Source: Perkinsus olseni | Taxonomy: Eukaryota | Direction of reading: 5' to 3' | DNA length: 64,000 nucleotides | NCBI GenBank assembly: GCA_013115125.1 | Contig: JABANN010000096.1 | Span: 1 to 64,000 of the forward strand | Shown: piece after piece, positions 1 through 12,139 of the stretch | Numbering within the stretch: the stretch's first letter is position 1 | How the letters are laid out: the number at the start of each line of letters is the position of its first letter | The notes under the pieces: model-generated | Database searches by the model: none | The model's input: the letters and a program-made list of their open reading frames with translations, nothing else | What the model was told of the DNA's origin: nothing | Program-made: the position numbers and the translations under genes

Positions 1-463
1 ACCGCTGGGCGGAGCGAGGTGTGACAAGATATGCCGGAAGATACGATGCGAGCAATCGTCATCCATCTACAACGGCGACCTCCTGCGAAGGCCACGCCGA
101 GACGCTAGTGGCTAAACTGGCCCCTAGCGTGCTTATTTTTTTTCCACCTAGACACCGGGGAACAGCTCGCCGCAGGTCAATCTGTACAAACTCGGATCGC
201 CGCTAACCGGTCTGGATCCTAGCTTTGACCTCCGACGGCTGTCACGGATACGAGCGCAGTCGTTGCGCGCAGCGCGCTAGCGCCGGGCCGGCCTAGTCCG
301 ACGACCACGCTCGCACCCGTCTCCTCCCAAGCCCCTGTGTTACGGTTTCACCCTTGCGCCTTGGGCGCAGCACTGCCGCTGGGCAAGAGATTATGTAGCT
401 CTTCACGGGGTATCCCGCACTTTCGCAAAGGTGGTTCAATTCATCCTGCACGCGCGCGCAATT

Positions 464-788
464 TGTTACGCCTACAAGTTGCATAGGGTAGAAACTGGCT
501 TCGTTTGCCTGTTTCGTTCCGCTTGTATCTTGCCTCGCGGCGCCCTTGTCTATTTATTGTACGTGCCTGCGCTGCGTGCATGCGTGCAACTGCAGCGTAA
601 GATACGGCCCGAATCGGGAAGGTTAGGGTTGGACTATTGGTTCTTCTCACTTACGCACAGTCATTTAGATTGTGTGAGTTGTTACCTCTGCTATTGGTAC
701 TCAGTCGCTGAATCATTCTCGTAGATCTTTTTGCCTGCTAGGCTACTCTTCGATTGTCGTTGTGTTTCTCTAGTAGTGGTAGGTAACA
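464..788 (+). repeat. 5' LTR
   Basis: TGTTA...TAACA termini; the last ~170 bp (616-788) are near-identical to 2019-2191. Confidence 0.8.
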
Positions 789-1827
789 GCTTTCTGGTAG
801 CAGCTCCTTGTTCGATAGTCGCTACAGTTTGAGACCCTATTCACACTGGTAACGGTTGGTTATGAGGTACATAGTATCTACTGGTACGGTCTATCATGTT
901 ATCCGGTAGTGTAGACGGATGACTGTAACTAGAGGAGTTCGACGCAGAAGTACAGGCGCGTTACCTCCTTCTGGTCTGGAAGCTCCTTGACGCATAGGAA
1001 CTTATGTATCAGGCCTGTGCACGGTGCTGATGATTGTTGCCTGTGGTCTTACATTCAAGTCTACCTGCTCGGTTCTCTGTTCTCCGTATTTGAGTCCCAG
1101 AAGCGCCTCCCCGGAGGAACAGCCTATTTTCGTGGACTCTCTGGCCCACGCTTTGCTCTGTGTTTTCTTTCTTCCACTCCCTGGTGAACGACTATCGGCT
1201 GCAATCTCGACTTTGCGATTAGGATTTTGTTGCGGTTATCATCGTCTGGAGGACGACTAAAGGTCGTCGACAACGACTCTGACGACTTGATGGTCCTCAC
1301 TGGTGAACTTCTTAACCACAATGGCCACGTGGGGTTCCCACGGTGGGGATGACGTTCGCCTGAGAGGCCGACCACGACTGCGACGTTTCCGTTTATGTGG
1401 TGCTTCGACGGTGACATTGGCAATATGAGGGTTTTGTGCGGCAGCGGAAGGCCTGCCTGCGGGAGTTTCGGCTATGTCTTACGCCCTGTTCATCCTGTCG
1501 AACGGTTCGGTTTACATGTTGAATGGTCACTGTTGATTGCATGTCGGTGATGCAGCCTGATGACGTTTTGACAAAACGGTTTTGTCGACCAGGGGACGCA
1601 TGCTGCTCCGCAAACTGAAGAGGGCCTCTTCAAGAGGCTGGTGAGCCAGTAGGTGCTCACATTCGCGAGCTGACCTGCTACGGTAAGCGTGAGTCGGCAT
1701 GCCCCGCGTATATCTTATTATGGACGACTGACTTCGTGTACTAAGATACGAATATCGGATATGGGTTTTGAGCCATGACGCTATGATGTGCTTGTGCTGC
1801 GCGAACCCGAGTTTCGAGGGGACGAGG

Positions 1828-2191
1828 TGTTACGGCTGCAAGTTGCACCCTATTGTGCGAAACTGGCTTCGCTTCGCCTGCATGAACCTCAGCTCACTTT
1901 TGGCCTAAATTGGTGCACAGCTATGTGCATGCGTGCAGCTTGAGGGGCTGGCTTTTGTGATAATTGGAGGCTTTGAGGCCCTCGGAGGGCTATCTTCCGA
2001 TGATGGAAGGTCGGTCCTGGGAAGATTAGGGTTGGACTATTGGTTCTTCTCACTTACGCACAGTCATTTAGATTGTGTGAGTTGTTACCTCTGCTATTGG
2101 TACTCAGTCGCTGAATCATTCTCGTAGATCTTTTTGCCTGCTAGGCTACTCTTCGATTGTCGTTGTGTTTCTCTAGTAGTGGTAGGTAACA
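1828..2191 (+). repeat. 3' LTR
   Basis: TGTTA...TAACA termini; preceded by a polypurine tract; 3' half matches the 5' LTR. Confidence 0.8.
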
Positions 2192-3311
2192 AATTGTGTC
2201 ACTGTCTAGCTAGCACGCCTGCGTCATCCTGATTCGAAAAAATCTGCCCAATAGATTGACCTCGATCTCAGTTAATGCTCGAAACGTACTTAAGCCGCGG
2301 GAGTCCTGGAATCACCAGTTTTTTGCAACTCCGGCTAAGGCGAACCGCCTCAGTTGACTTCGAGCTTGCGGAGGAAAGGGAATCGCCTCTCGTAAGGTGC
2401 AAGCCCCGAGCTTTTCTCGTTATGTTCAGCGACAAGCCTACTTTCAAACTCTTCATAGTAACGACAGTTTGTATCAATGGGTTACTCATTGATCCTCCCT
2501 TCCGGCTGCTCAAAAAGTCATTGATTTCTGAGAAACATTTCAATTTGCTAGTTACAATGTCATCGTTGTCAGCTAACAAATTGTTAGTAATAATCCTCCA
2601 CTGTTAGTAGCAAGTTCAGTCCAGGGTGTCAGCTTGAAGGCAATCAAACTCTTTGTTATGGAAGAAGATGTAAGTATCATTGTTGTCACTACGGCTAGTA
2701 ATCTCAGAGTGTAGATAGATGCGTTGTTCTTAGTAAGAACTTCTTACTCCTTACTGGCATAGCTTGACTGTTGCTTTATAGCGGATGATATGATAAAGAG
2801 CTTTTTTACCACCCATCAGTCGTGGTGTTTGTCTGTAGTCGTCTCTCCTCAGTTCTAACTTCGGAACTCGACATAGGGAGTCGGGAGGCCAAGTAAAGAG
2901 GGACCACGCGCTGACTTGGCGCGATTGCGGGCCGCTAGCTAATATCACTCATCTGTCTACTTCATCTACCGCGCACAACGTCACGCTGTCTCCTTCTCAA
3001 CGATTCCACCACATTGTCCTAGTGCTGTAGGGCTGTATATCAATGAACTACTGCAGCACTCTTGGCTTCGAGCTCAGGATATTTCCTTTCTGGAAGTTTC
3101 CAGCGAGCTCAAAAAATAAGTCTACGCACTACGGTCACAAAATGATTAAACTCACGACAAGTGCTCACCATACCTACAGCAAGCCAAGCAACTGCCTTAC
3201 CACCTGTTCAACCTTCGAATAGTGGTTTCTCATTCTATGCGTGAGAGAATTCGAACCTACCCGCCCACAACCGAGAGACCTAGGTCGCGGGGAGATTGCT
3301 GAGACCTGGGT

Positions 3312-4110
3312 AGGTATGCGGATCCTGATCCATGAATCTGTGCGATGATCCGAAAACACTATTGATCCGGCTTCGTGAACCAGATCACACCAAGATCCGA
3401 AAGGTCTGATCCAGATCCCGCAATAACGGTTCTGATGCGTGATTTCTGATCCTGAACCTTGATGCATGAACCGGAATCTTGATCCACGATCCTGATACGC
3501 GATTCGTGATCCAGATCACGCGTGATCCAGATTTTTGATCCTGATCCTCGATCCGTGAGACAAATTCGTGATCCGTGATCCGTGGATCACTCGCCTGAGA
3601 AATTCTCGGCCTCGTCGAGAAATTTCGGTGATCCATGATCCACTAGCTCAGTGGATCAAGGTAGGTGATCCGGATCATCCAAAGGTACGAGTGCATGATC
3701 CGAAAATCGTCTCACGCACAGAATCACTCTTTTGTGACATGTTATAGAGGCCCGATCCTGTCGGGCTGTTTAGCTCAGTGTCGATCGATACGTGGCGAAT
3801 GAGCCAAGAGAGCCAGACTCGCAACGCTTCGCCTAAGCGCGCCAAATTCTAAGGCCTACGTGCTCCGATCCGTGGGACCTGATCCGTCGACTCCCTCAGC
3901 TGAGTCATAAACAAGTATTCTGATACTCAAATATGGGATCCACGTGCGATCTGATCCATGGATAGTGATTCGGAAACCGTGGATCGCCCACTTGATCGTG
4001 GTAAACGGTACTTGAGACAAAACTCGGGGAAATGGTGGAAAGAATCAAGACCTGATCCACCCGTCTGATTTTCTTCTCAAGATCAGCCATGGATCAGGAT
4101 CCGCATACCT
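3312..4110. mobile_element. Non-autonomous TIR element (MITE-like) with dense GATC subterminal repeats
   Basis: Perfect inverted repeat GGTAGGTATGCGGATCCTGATCCATG (3309-3334) vs its reverse complement (4088-4113). Candidate 8-bp TSD ACCTGGGT (3304-3311) / ACCTTGGT (4111-4118), one mismatch. The interior carries dozens of GATC/TGATCC motifs and no credible ORF. Confidence 0.75.
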
Positions 4111-5785
4111 ACCTTGGTACGTCTTGGGATCACCAGTGGCGATCTCATGCCCCAGCTCGGGCACTGTGGTTCGCTTGCCCACCAACTCGCAGTGGTTGTC
4201 ACAGTTCTGGCACCTGACCCGCCGCCCCTGTCTGGGGCAAGCCGTTTGACACAGTTCACGGCTGCTCTGAGATGCCTCACGAGTGACAATCCGCTGCGCA
4301 GGGCTCACTGCACTGTTCGGGCTTCGGGACCACCTCCTCCCAGTCCCCGCGGCTACGGTTTTAGCAGCAGTAATCCTGTATACCTGATACATACTTTACA
4401 GCAGCGCATGCACATAGATCAAGTGCAACCCTTACTTGCGCCTAAGCTATATTCGACTACTGTACTGTATTCCCGTCAATCGACCCTACGGGACGCGTTG
4501 CCTTGGGCGTGCGCAAGAACGGTGCTGCACGCGTGCGCAACACAATTGTAACGGCCGGGATAACTGTCGCAAGGGAACTAGGTAGATGAACTTTACTCAC
4601 CTTCCCTCCTTGCATTGACTATGAGCATCAACGGACAAGCAACAATTGGGTCCAGTAGACTCACCATTAATGAAAAGGCTCATTTTTCGGGTCCCCGAAT
4701 GGGGGATGACTCGAGCGCCATGCGATAGTGGCAAGAGTGGTCAGTGACCACCGGTCAGCTTGCCACCAGCCGACCGCTACTCTGATTCTATGCTGTCCAC
4801 TATGACGGCTTGGTAACCTTGAAGACAAAGCAGTTGTTGGGCTGCCTGCGCGCTCGAGATAACGCTGTGCCGGCGATTGGAATAGAGAATGAGGTTTAGC
4901 CGACTAGAGTTTATCAGACCGAGGAGGTCGGGCAATGTGATGCCTTTAGAGCAATGAGCTAATCGCCACGGTTATAACATGACGGGGAAGCACTGCAAGT
5001 GCAACGACTAAATCTCTGAGCTGGGGCAATGAGGTTGGCGAAGAGTAGATGCATACCAGCGAATGAAGTTAGTTTCACCTTGAAGGTGTGGGCGCGCCTC
5101 AGCGTGATCAAGATGGGAACTCAACATGAGAGGGGAATAGGAGCGGCCAAGAGCTGCGACAACAGACAGTTTAGCTCTACGGTTCACACGTGAACGATCG
5201 CGGGCTGAACTCGACAATGACTGTGTGAGGTACATCATCGTGATATTACTGGCTGGATGATGTCTCCCCCTTTATGCTTGGTTGCTCGTTATAAACTTCA
5301 TGACTTTCGTACCATACCTCACCCTCTTCGTCAGCTCTGGCATCAGTACTGCTATCACAGTCTTCGTCGTTGGCTACAGGAGTGCCTGCAGACTTATTCA
5401 GGCCTCCGCGATTGATTAGAGTCCCACCTCTCGCCAAGGTCCGTCATCCCTGTAAATGCCAATCCCCACGCAGGCCACCCCAGATGAGCAGACCACCTCC
5501 AACTCTCTGACGAGTGCAGGCCTCCGCCTTGTGTTCATCACACTGGTGAGATACGACCACTGAGGCTCAGTGACTGAGCCCATTGCCGATATCTTCCCCT
5601 GCCAGCTTGCCTCGACCGGCCTCCTCTACTGGCTCGCCCGTCGCCGGGCACTCCGGCCAGGTGGTGATGACAACAGCGAGAGAAAGTAGGCTAGTTTCAC
5701 CGGTCCCGCATGCATTCTCTCAATGAGCGATGGTCCGTCAGCTTACGTAGATTCACCGTTCCATAGCATACCACTCTTCGTTCAG

Positions 5786-8700
5786 ATCGGGCAGGAGCTG
5801 GTGTTCGCTTCACCCCTTGCAAAGAAGATACCTAATAGTCTATGTCCTGGCCATGCTCAGTGATTGGCTCCAGGGGCCGTAGGCTCTTGTCTTTCATCTA
5901 CACCAACGTAGCCACCTCCATCAGATACGTTTACGCCCTGTACGAGTCCTATGGCTTCGATCGCCACCAGAACGCCGGCCTCTTCGTTTGTGGCTTCGCT
6001 GGCTCCATGCTCTTGGGGACCTTCATAGGCAGCTTGGCCGACAGGTCTGATCAACGTACGCAAACACTCCTTGCACGACAGTCACCAGGTGCGGCCGTAA
6101 GCGCTTCTGCCTCCTGTACTGCGGCCTCTACGTACTCTCCTGCCTGACAAAGCACGTCCCCTCCTACCCGGTCCTCATGCTTGGCCGTCTTCTAGGAGGT
6201 ATGGCGACCAGCCTCCTCTTTAGGTAGGAGCAGCCATTGCCCTTGCCGCTGGACACTGCCGTTGTGTTAGTGTCTTCGATGCATGGTTCATCTGCGAGGC
6301 TTCGACTACCAATCAGGCTGACCTAATCCCTCAGACCTTCGGTATCGCAGTGGCTCTCAACTCTATCACAGCCATTTTCGCTGGAGGTACCTGCAAGCCA
6401 GCCCTTGTAGCGTCACCCTTGCCTTTCAGTCTTGGCCCAGGCTAGCGTATCGATCGCCCCCATGCAGCCATGGACTCCTTTCTTCAATGTCGCTGGGTGA
6501 GTTGCCGGCGCCGGTGAAAATCCCACCGAGCGTATATGTCTATCAGCATGACAATGTTATCATCCAAACCCGACAAAAGCTACCCTGATAAGAGCCTGGT
6601 ATTTATGAATACAGCGGAAGCAAATACTACAAGCGCTAGGGGATAAGTGGATTGTGCCCCTGCACCATCACAGAGATTGAGTGTTGATAGCCGGCAAATT
6701 GCCATTGTCATAATATGGCATAATAAATTATATACGCGACGTTTGACCGCAGCCTGCCCTATGGAGAGATTACTGTCGGAGGGAGGTCTTTTGTGTAAGG
6801 TACTGCAGCCCATTCGACCTGTCCATTATATCACTGCTGTTCACAGCCGTTGGCATTCAAACAACGTGGAGGGAGAACTTCGGGGCGGCGGCGAGTGGAA
6901 CGACGGAGAAGAGCGAGGGCAGCGGCGGCACACAACTATCATGGCGATCACTACAGCAGTGGACCCAAGGTGATGGTCTAATTACTTGGTATGATATAGA
7001 TGAAATTATAATTCTGATAGACAAGGATAACAGAATACCATCCCCGATGATTCCATGTCATGGTTTATTTACCAACTATTCACCGCATCATATTCAATAC
7101 CCCCATGATCGATAAATTCTAACTTTCTCGAGAGGTTCACTGCGGTGTCCAAATGAGGGGCCATCATCCACGATTATGGACCATCCTCACACATCTGAGC
7201 ACTTCCAACACCACGGTAGTTGTACAAAGACGGGGGTCCTACGATATTCACGCCGCCCCCTGCCCCTCCCAATCATCAACTCGCGAAGAAGAGCACAGAC
7301 GGGGTTTCTCGTTTATCGAGAAAGGGCTTTTTTCGGATTCTGGTCGGAATGGCAGTCCGTAACGTGAAGACGATTCGTCCCATGACTGCACAACTTCTTG
7401 ACACAAGATGGTTGGAACCGCTACTGGTTGCCTGCTCACCAAGCCGCTGCTGATACAGTCGTGCAATATCCAAAAATGAGGCCACTATCTGTTGCCTGGG
7501 AATCGTACAATACTGGCCTCAATTTAATTTTATAATATTCGACCGCCGTTCTCGTGCCCTCACATGTCAGGATAGTTGTCTCGCTTGAGCACGTCGCATG
7601 CCTTTCGTCGCACACTCTATTCCCCAGGTCTCCTGCAATCCCTCCGATCCGATCGTTCCATCATTCCCCTAGGCAGCGTCCAGGCACTCTATGAGGCCTC
7701 CATGTGAGAGAACTCTTCCTCCTCCTCATCCCCGACCCTCCATAGCACAGGTATATATTCGTGTTCATGTGGACTCCTGCACTGGAGCAGGCCAATGGTG
7801 GTGCAGCTGCATCACTGGGCCTGATCTTCGCCTGCTTCATGACGGCCTGCACTGCGGGGTCCCAACTCTTCCGGTAAGCCGGCCACCATGAGCGATCCTC
7901 ATGAGTGGCGGTAGGTACCTCAGCACTCCTTCCATCACCACCAGAGCCCTCTCCTCAGCTGCTATCCTCCGGCTGGTGTGCTTAGCTGCCCTTGTATCGC
8001 AGGGAATTGTATTCATGTAAGCCCTCCGGTGTCACCATGCTGTCACCAATCCGCCATCGTTGTGCTACGGGTTTGCAGACTATAATAGCCTGGGCAGTCG
8101 TACGGAGATGAGCATCCGCATCAATCTTGCTCTGAAATGGTAAACTCAACCACTTGACGAGAAGCAGCTCTCCTCACCTGTGTGAAGGCTGTCCCAATGG
8201 TGTTGCCGGAGTACTTGCCCGGGATGAACCCCGAGTAGCCAGCGATGCACCTGGTGGGCCTGGCGTCCCGTCTAGGAGGCCATTCGCCAGGCCAGTACAC
8301 TTTGGGACTGGATAGTGTCAACGATCGCTAGCTAGCTAGCTTCGCTCCGCTCACTGTCCACCGAGCACCGAGCGATACATAGTGTCGTTACGCTTTACAT
8401 TCGATACCTCTGCTTCGTTAGTGAGTGTGCAGTCTCGGGCGCACTCGACCCTCTATTGGCCTTGACCAGGTTCCCGTATTCCGTGTGGACTGTGTTGCTA
8501 TCTTTCCTCACGTTTGAGGCCTCGGTCGGTGTCTACTACCCCTCAATGGGAACGCTCAAAGCCGAGATTGTTCCGGAGTCCCGCCGAGCTACGATATACA
8601 ACTTGTTTCGGGTAAGCCTGAGAACTGTGCAAGGTGGCGTCCTCGTGTGAAAGTGGAGACATGAGCTGCCTTCAATCACGCGAACAGATCCGTATATGAT

Positions 8701-9166
8701 CTGTCCTACGGTGCTCCGGTGATTTGTACTTTTTTCTGCTTTGGCGAGTATTAACTCACGTCGCATACCAATGGGACGCTTTTCATGTGCACGTCGTCGT
8801 CTCCTTGTTGTCGCAACATGCTTCTCCAACCTTTTTTATGAACCACCGACTCAGTGGCGATGACCACTTCGAGTACCATCGTTTAGGTGTTGGTTATAAT
8901 ACTCTAGGTATAAGAAACTCAAATGGCCTCATACCACCATTTGAGAGCATCTCTTGGCGTGTGGTATCATCCCCTGCCAGGTGCCGCTGAACCTACTCGT
9001 CATCGGCGCTCTCCTTGCCAAGCTGGAGGTGGCGGAGGCATTCGGCGTCACATCACTGCTCTTGGCCCTTGCCCTGGCCCTCAGCCTTCGGATAACACCA
9101 ACCGCTAACACAGTGAGTTCAGCTACCCGCCTCCCTCTGCTGCGTCGGGGCCAGAAGGCTACCTGA
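5786..9166 (+). CDS. MFS transporter, MFSD5/MOT2 (molybdate-anion transporter) family; multi-exon, start not located, possibly disrupted
   Basis: Spliced exons read RRYLIVYVLAMLSDWLQGP|YVYALYESYGF...GTFIGSLADR|CGRKRFCLLYC...LMLGRLLGGMATSLLF|SVFDAW...|SVQALYEASM|YIFVFMWTPALE...GLIFACFM|...FEASVGVYYPSMGTLKAEIVPESRRATIYNLFR|VPLNLLVI...stop 9166. These are hallmark MFSD5 motifs. I could not find the first exon or the central W.ENYG exon. Confidence 0.85.
8083..8259 (+). repeat. 177-bp identical copy of 10165-10341 inside an intron of the MFS gene
   Basis: Direct base-by-base match at offset 2082; includes an intron of the donor gene. Confidence 0.95.
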
Positions 9167-10123
9167 TGTACAAATCGTGACGCTTGTTGCTCGGGCGCGG
9201 TCCTCCACCATCTCCCGTTTTCGTCTGTTGTTTGACCTTTATAATTGTCCTGGTCTTTTTTCTGACACCACTAGCGATTGATTCCTGTGCACGATTCCAC
9301 CAATTCTGGCTAGCGCCTCAACCTTAGCACGGTTGGGATACTGAACGCTCCTGTTGCGTTGAAACCCTCAGGCTCATCATTCTCAGACGGACAGCGGAAA
9401 TGGTGACACCACCGATGATGCAATATTAGCGGAATGATGGACGAGCATGATGCAAACTGAGTTGTCGTGCGAGTGCGGTACAGAGTGGCTTGCGTCTTGC
9501 GAGTTCACGGACTCCATGGGCGGTGTGCCCCCCAGCCTACCGAAAACAGTATAGCTGAAGCGAGGCGACTCGGCAATAACGCAACAATTCGATGATGGTG
9601 ATAATCACTCCTACTAGGAATTCCCTAGTACGAATGTTGATACTACCATCTGAGGTCTGTAATACGATCAATGCGGCTCCGTAATTTCCGGACCAACAGA
9701 CTAGCATAGACAACGTTTTCTCTGTGTAAAATTGGATTGGACTTGGCTGTCATTTGGAGTTGCCTAGTGATGCCTCCTGTGAGAGGAAGGGAAAGCCTAC
9801 CCGACTAAGGCTACCTTGAGAGGTTACTAAGCAAACCAGAGTCCACCAGAGCTCCCTCGATCACTAATCAACACTCTACCCCAATGAAGGGGTCTTTGAT
9901 TTCGTAGCTGTAACGTCAACAGCCGAATCGCCAGCTTCACTTGCTTTGTGATCTACACTCGTCGTGCAATGGATGGTTTTGGACCGTAGGCAAATCGAGT
10001 CCTTCTTTTCGCCTATCGGTGGTAAGTTTCCACTGGAGATCAACTCAAAGCTCAGCTGTCGTCACATCGAACGTCGAGTCCATTTCACACAGCATGTTGA
10101 TGATATTTGATAGATAGTCAGAA

Positions 10124-10807
10124 TTAGATGGTAAGATTCTCCTGAGGCTTCCGGACGCCGAACCTAATAGCCTGGGCAGTCGTACGGAGATGAGCATCCG
10201 CATCAATCTTGCTCTGAAATGGTAAACTCAACCACTTGACGAGAAGCAGCTCTCCTCACCTGTGTGAAGGCTGTCCCAATGGTGTTGCCGGAGTACTTGC
10301 CCGGGATGAACCCCGAGTAGCCAGCGATGCACCTGGTGGGCTTGGCTTCGTCAGACGCCCCTTCTGGGGGTTTGCTGATGGACGTGTAGGTGATCTGGTA
10401 GCTGACGGAAGAACTTCGAGCGGAGACGATCCAATCAGCCATCACTATGTGTTGGTCTCCTCATTTCTGTTCCAATCAAACACCCCCCTTCTCTGACTAG
10501 TCGGCTCCTCCCTCTCCACCTGAGCCTGACCGGAGACCATAGGCGGTCCATCAGCGACTAGAGCCTTACTGGTGAGCTCTTCCCAGTGCTGCCGTTGTCG
10601 TCGTATCTTCCCCTAGCCCTCGGGGAGTTGGTACGCCACCACCTGTCCTCCGGAGAATACACGATCTTGGCGTTTTGTGGTACGCGGTACCTATTGACAG
10701 TGTAGGTGCGTTACTGTCGAGTAATGTTACCGTTGATCGAATTTAGGAGGAGACCGCTCCTCTAGTAGATCGTCATAGGTGGTGGTCTTGGCAGCAGATG
10801 GACTCAT
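10124..10807 (-). CDS. Small multi-exon protein with IAGYSGFIPG motif (FAM166/CIMIP-like GYG microtubule inner protein motif)
   Basis: Exons MSPSAAKTTTYDDLLEER|YRVPQNAKIVYSPEDR|...|YQITYTSISKPPEG...RCIAGYSGFIPGKYSGNTIGTAFTQ|SKIDADAHLRTTAQAIRFGVRKPQENLTI* with GT-AG boundaries. The family call rests on the short motif only. Confidence 0.6.
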
Positions 10808-11086
10808 TGGGCTACTGAATGCTGATATAAGATACGATCTGTTTATCCCGCAGACTCTCGGTTCAATAGATGGGAGATTGGCAAAACTCGGGCGTTCCCA
10901 AAGAGGCTAATACTCAACGGAGTATCCTGGCACCCAGCTCGACCAATAACAACATCACAGTTGAGACAAGTTATCAACAACAGCTGGGGGAGGTATCCTT
11001 CCCCTCACGCAGCCCAGGAAGGGTGGCGATCGGGTCTGTCCTCATCATTGTTAACAACGCAAGCCGCTGTGGGTATTCTAATCATC

Positions 11087-12139
11087 TCAGAAAAGCGCAT
11101 AAGCGGATAGTGTAAAAATGAAAGTAAGGAAAGGTGAATACCCAATGGTCGCGAATGATCCCGGTTGGCCGGTCGTCGAGGGTGTCGTGGTCGAAGCAGG
11201 TCCTCTGGTGGTGGTCGAGCTCGGGTTGGGAGTAGTCGTGGTACCGGTGAAGTTACGAAAGGCATCATCCATAATCCATGCTAGCCTGGCTGCTGCCTTG
11301 GCCAGCTGTTCCTGCAAGACACCAACCCGACTGGTGTAGTACTCCCTCATTAGACCGTCGTTGGTTTGGATATCACGACCATCGATGTGACGGTAGGCGA
11401 CCCTGCAGGCCAGATCAGCGGACTCGGTGAGCATCTTGTCAATGCAGGCGTTGAGGCCGTGCTCAGTGCACTCAGCCAACCAGGAAGGGACCTTACCGGC
11501 GTATCTTTGGTCGAGGTCCGCACCCAACAGATTCGAAGATACTCGCCAAAACTTCATCCGATCGGTGCTACCAGAGGCGTCCTGCTGTACATAACTTCCC
11601 GGGTAAAGCGCACCCTCCATCTCATCGAGTATCTTCTCTTCCCAGGCTTTATGCAGGTTAACATTGGTAAAGTCCGCGAAGTTGATGTGCACGTTGATCG
11701 TATCCCCACCCTGGTCCGCTGTACGACCAGCGTTCAAAGGCATGTGAGCATCGGCCACCAAGTGAATCAGGAATTTTACAGCCTCGTTTCTCTGGTCCTT
11801 GGAAAGGTAAGGGTCGATCATTCTGTTAGTGTAGTTCCAGATGGCCCCGGCCAAGCAGCGACCGTTGGAACAGTCTCTCTTGTAGTCGAAATCACAGTGG
11901 GCGTTATGAGCCCGATCGAGGCCTACCATCCAGGACCTCGTCGCCTTCATCGCGTCGAACCAACTGGCAGCATGAGCCAGACGATAACCATCCCCCATCA
12001 CAGTGGAGAGATCCTTACGGGTTTTATCGGCTATCCGCTGGTCAGCCAGCTCGGCTACTACAGCATGGGCATCGGGCCCAGAGGCAGCGATAATAGGGAA
12101 GGTGAGGAGTAGCAGTAGTAGTGATGGATGGATGGACAT
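11087..12139 (-). CDS. S1/P1 nuclease family protein (3'-nucleotidase/nuclease-like), secreted or surface anchored, intronless
   Basis: Signal peptide MSIHPSLLLLLLTFPIIAA. Family motifs AHAVVAELA, CDFDYKRDC..GRCLAGAIWNYT, EAVKFLIHLVADAHMPL, DQGG, NLHKAW, EQLAKAAARLA. Thr/Ser/Pro stalk and hydrophobic C-terminus. Confidence 0.92.
   Translation of the reverse strand: MSIHPSLLLLLLTFPIIAASGPDAHAVVAELADQRIADKTRKDLSTVMGDGYRLAHAASWFDAMKATRSWMVGLDRAHNAHCDFDYKRDCSNGRCLAGAIWNYTNRMIDPYLSKDQRNEAVKFLIHLVADAHMPLNAGRTADQGGDTINVHINFADFTNVNLHKAWEEKILDEMEGALYPGSYVQQDASGSTDRMKFWRVSSNLLGADLDQRYAGKVPSWLAECTEHGLNACIDKMLTESADLACRVAYRHIDGRDIQTNDGLMREYYTSRVGVLQEQLAKAAARLAWIMDDAFRNFTGTTTTPNPSSTTTRGPASTTTPSTTGQPGSFATIGYSPFLTFIFTLSAYALF

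Larger units (their letters stand above)
464..2191 (+). mobile_element. Internally deleted LTR retrotransposon, probably Gypsy-like
   Basis: Two direct terminal repeats begin TGTTA and end TAACA (464-788, 1828-2191). AATT flanks both sides (460-463, 2192-2195). A purine tract GAGGGGACGAGG precedes the 3' LTR. A decayed integrase zinc-finger-like remnant (HNGHVG ... FVRQRKAC) lies at ~1315-1460. Confidence 0.75.

Noticed and set aside
1553-1590. Copia-like RNase H motif DVLTK
   Set aside because: The TK codons come from the 14-bp footprint insertion at 1564-1585. The 4-bp TSD and integrase remnant fit Gypsy better.
3320-4100. GATC cluster as a bacterial oriC/Dam methylation region or CRISPR array
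   Set aside because: Eukaryotic context, no DnaA boxes noted, no constant repeat-spacer period. The TIRs explain it as a transposon.
2268-5700. Minus-strand ORF fragments as a retroelement gag/pol
   Set aside because: Probably decayed mobile DNA, but I could not identify a diagnostic motif or matching termini.
11366-12112. 248-aa plus-strand ORF
   Set aside because: Antisense shadow of the S1/P1 nuclease CDS.
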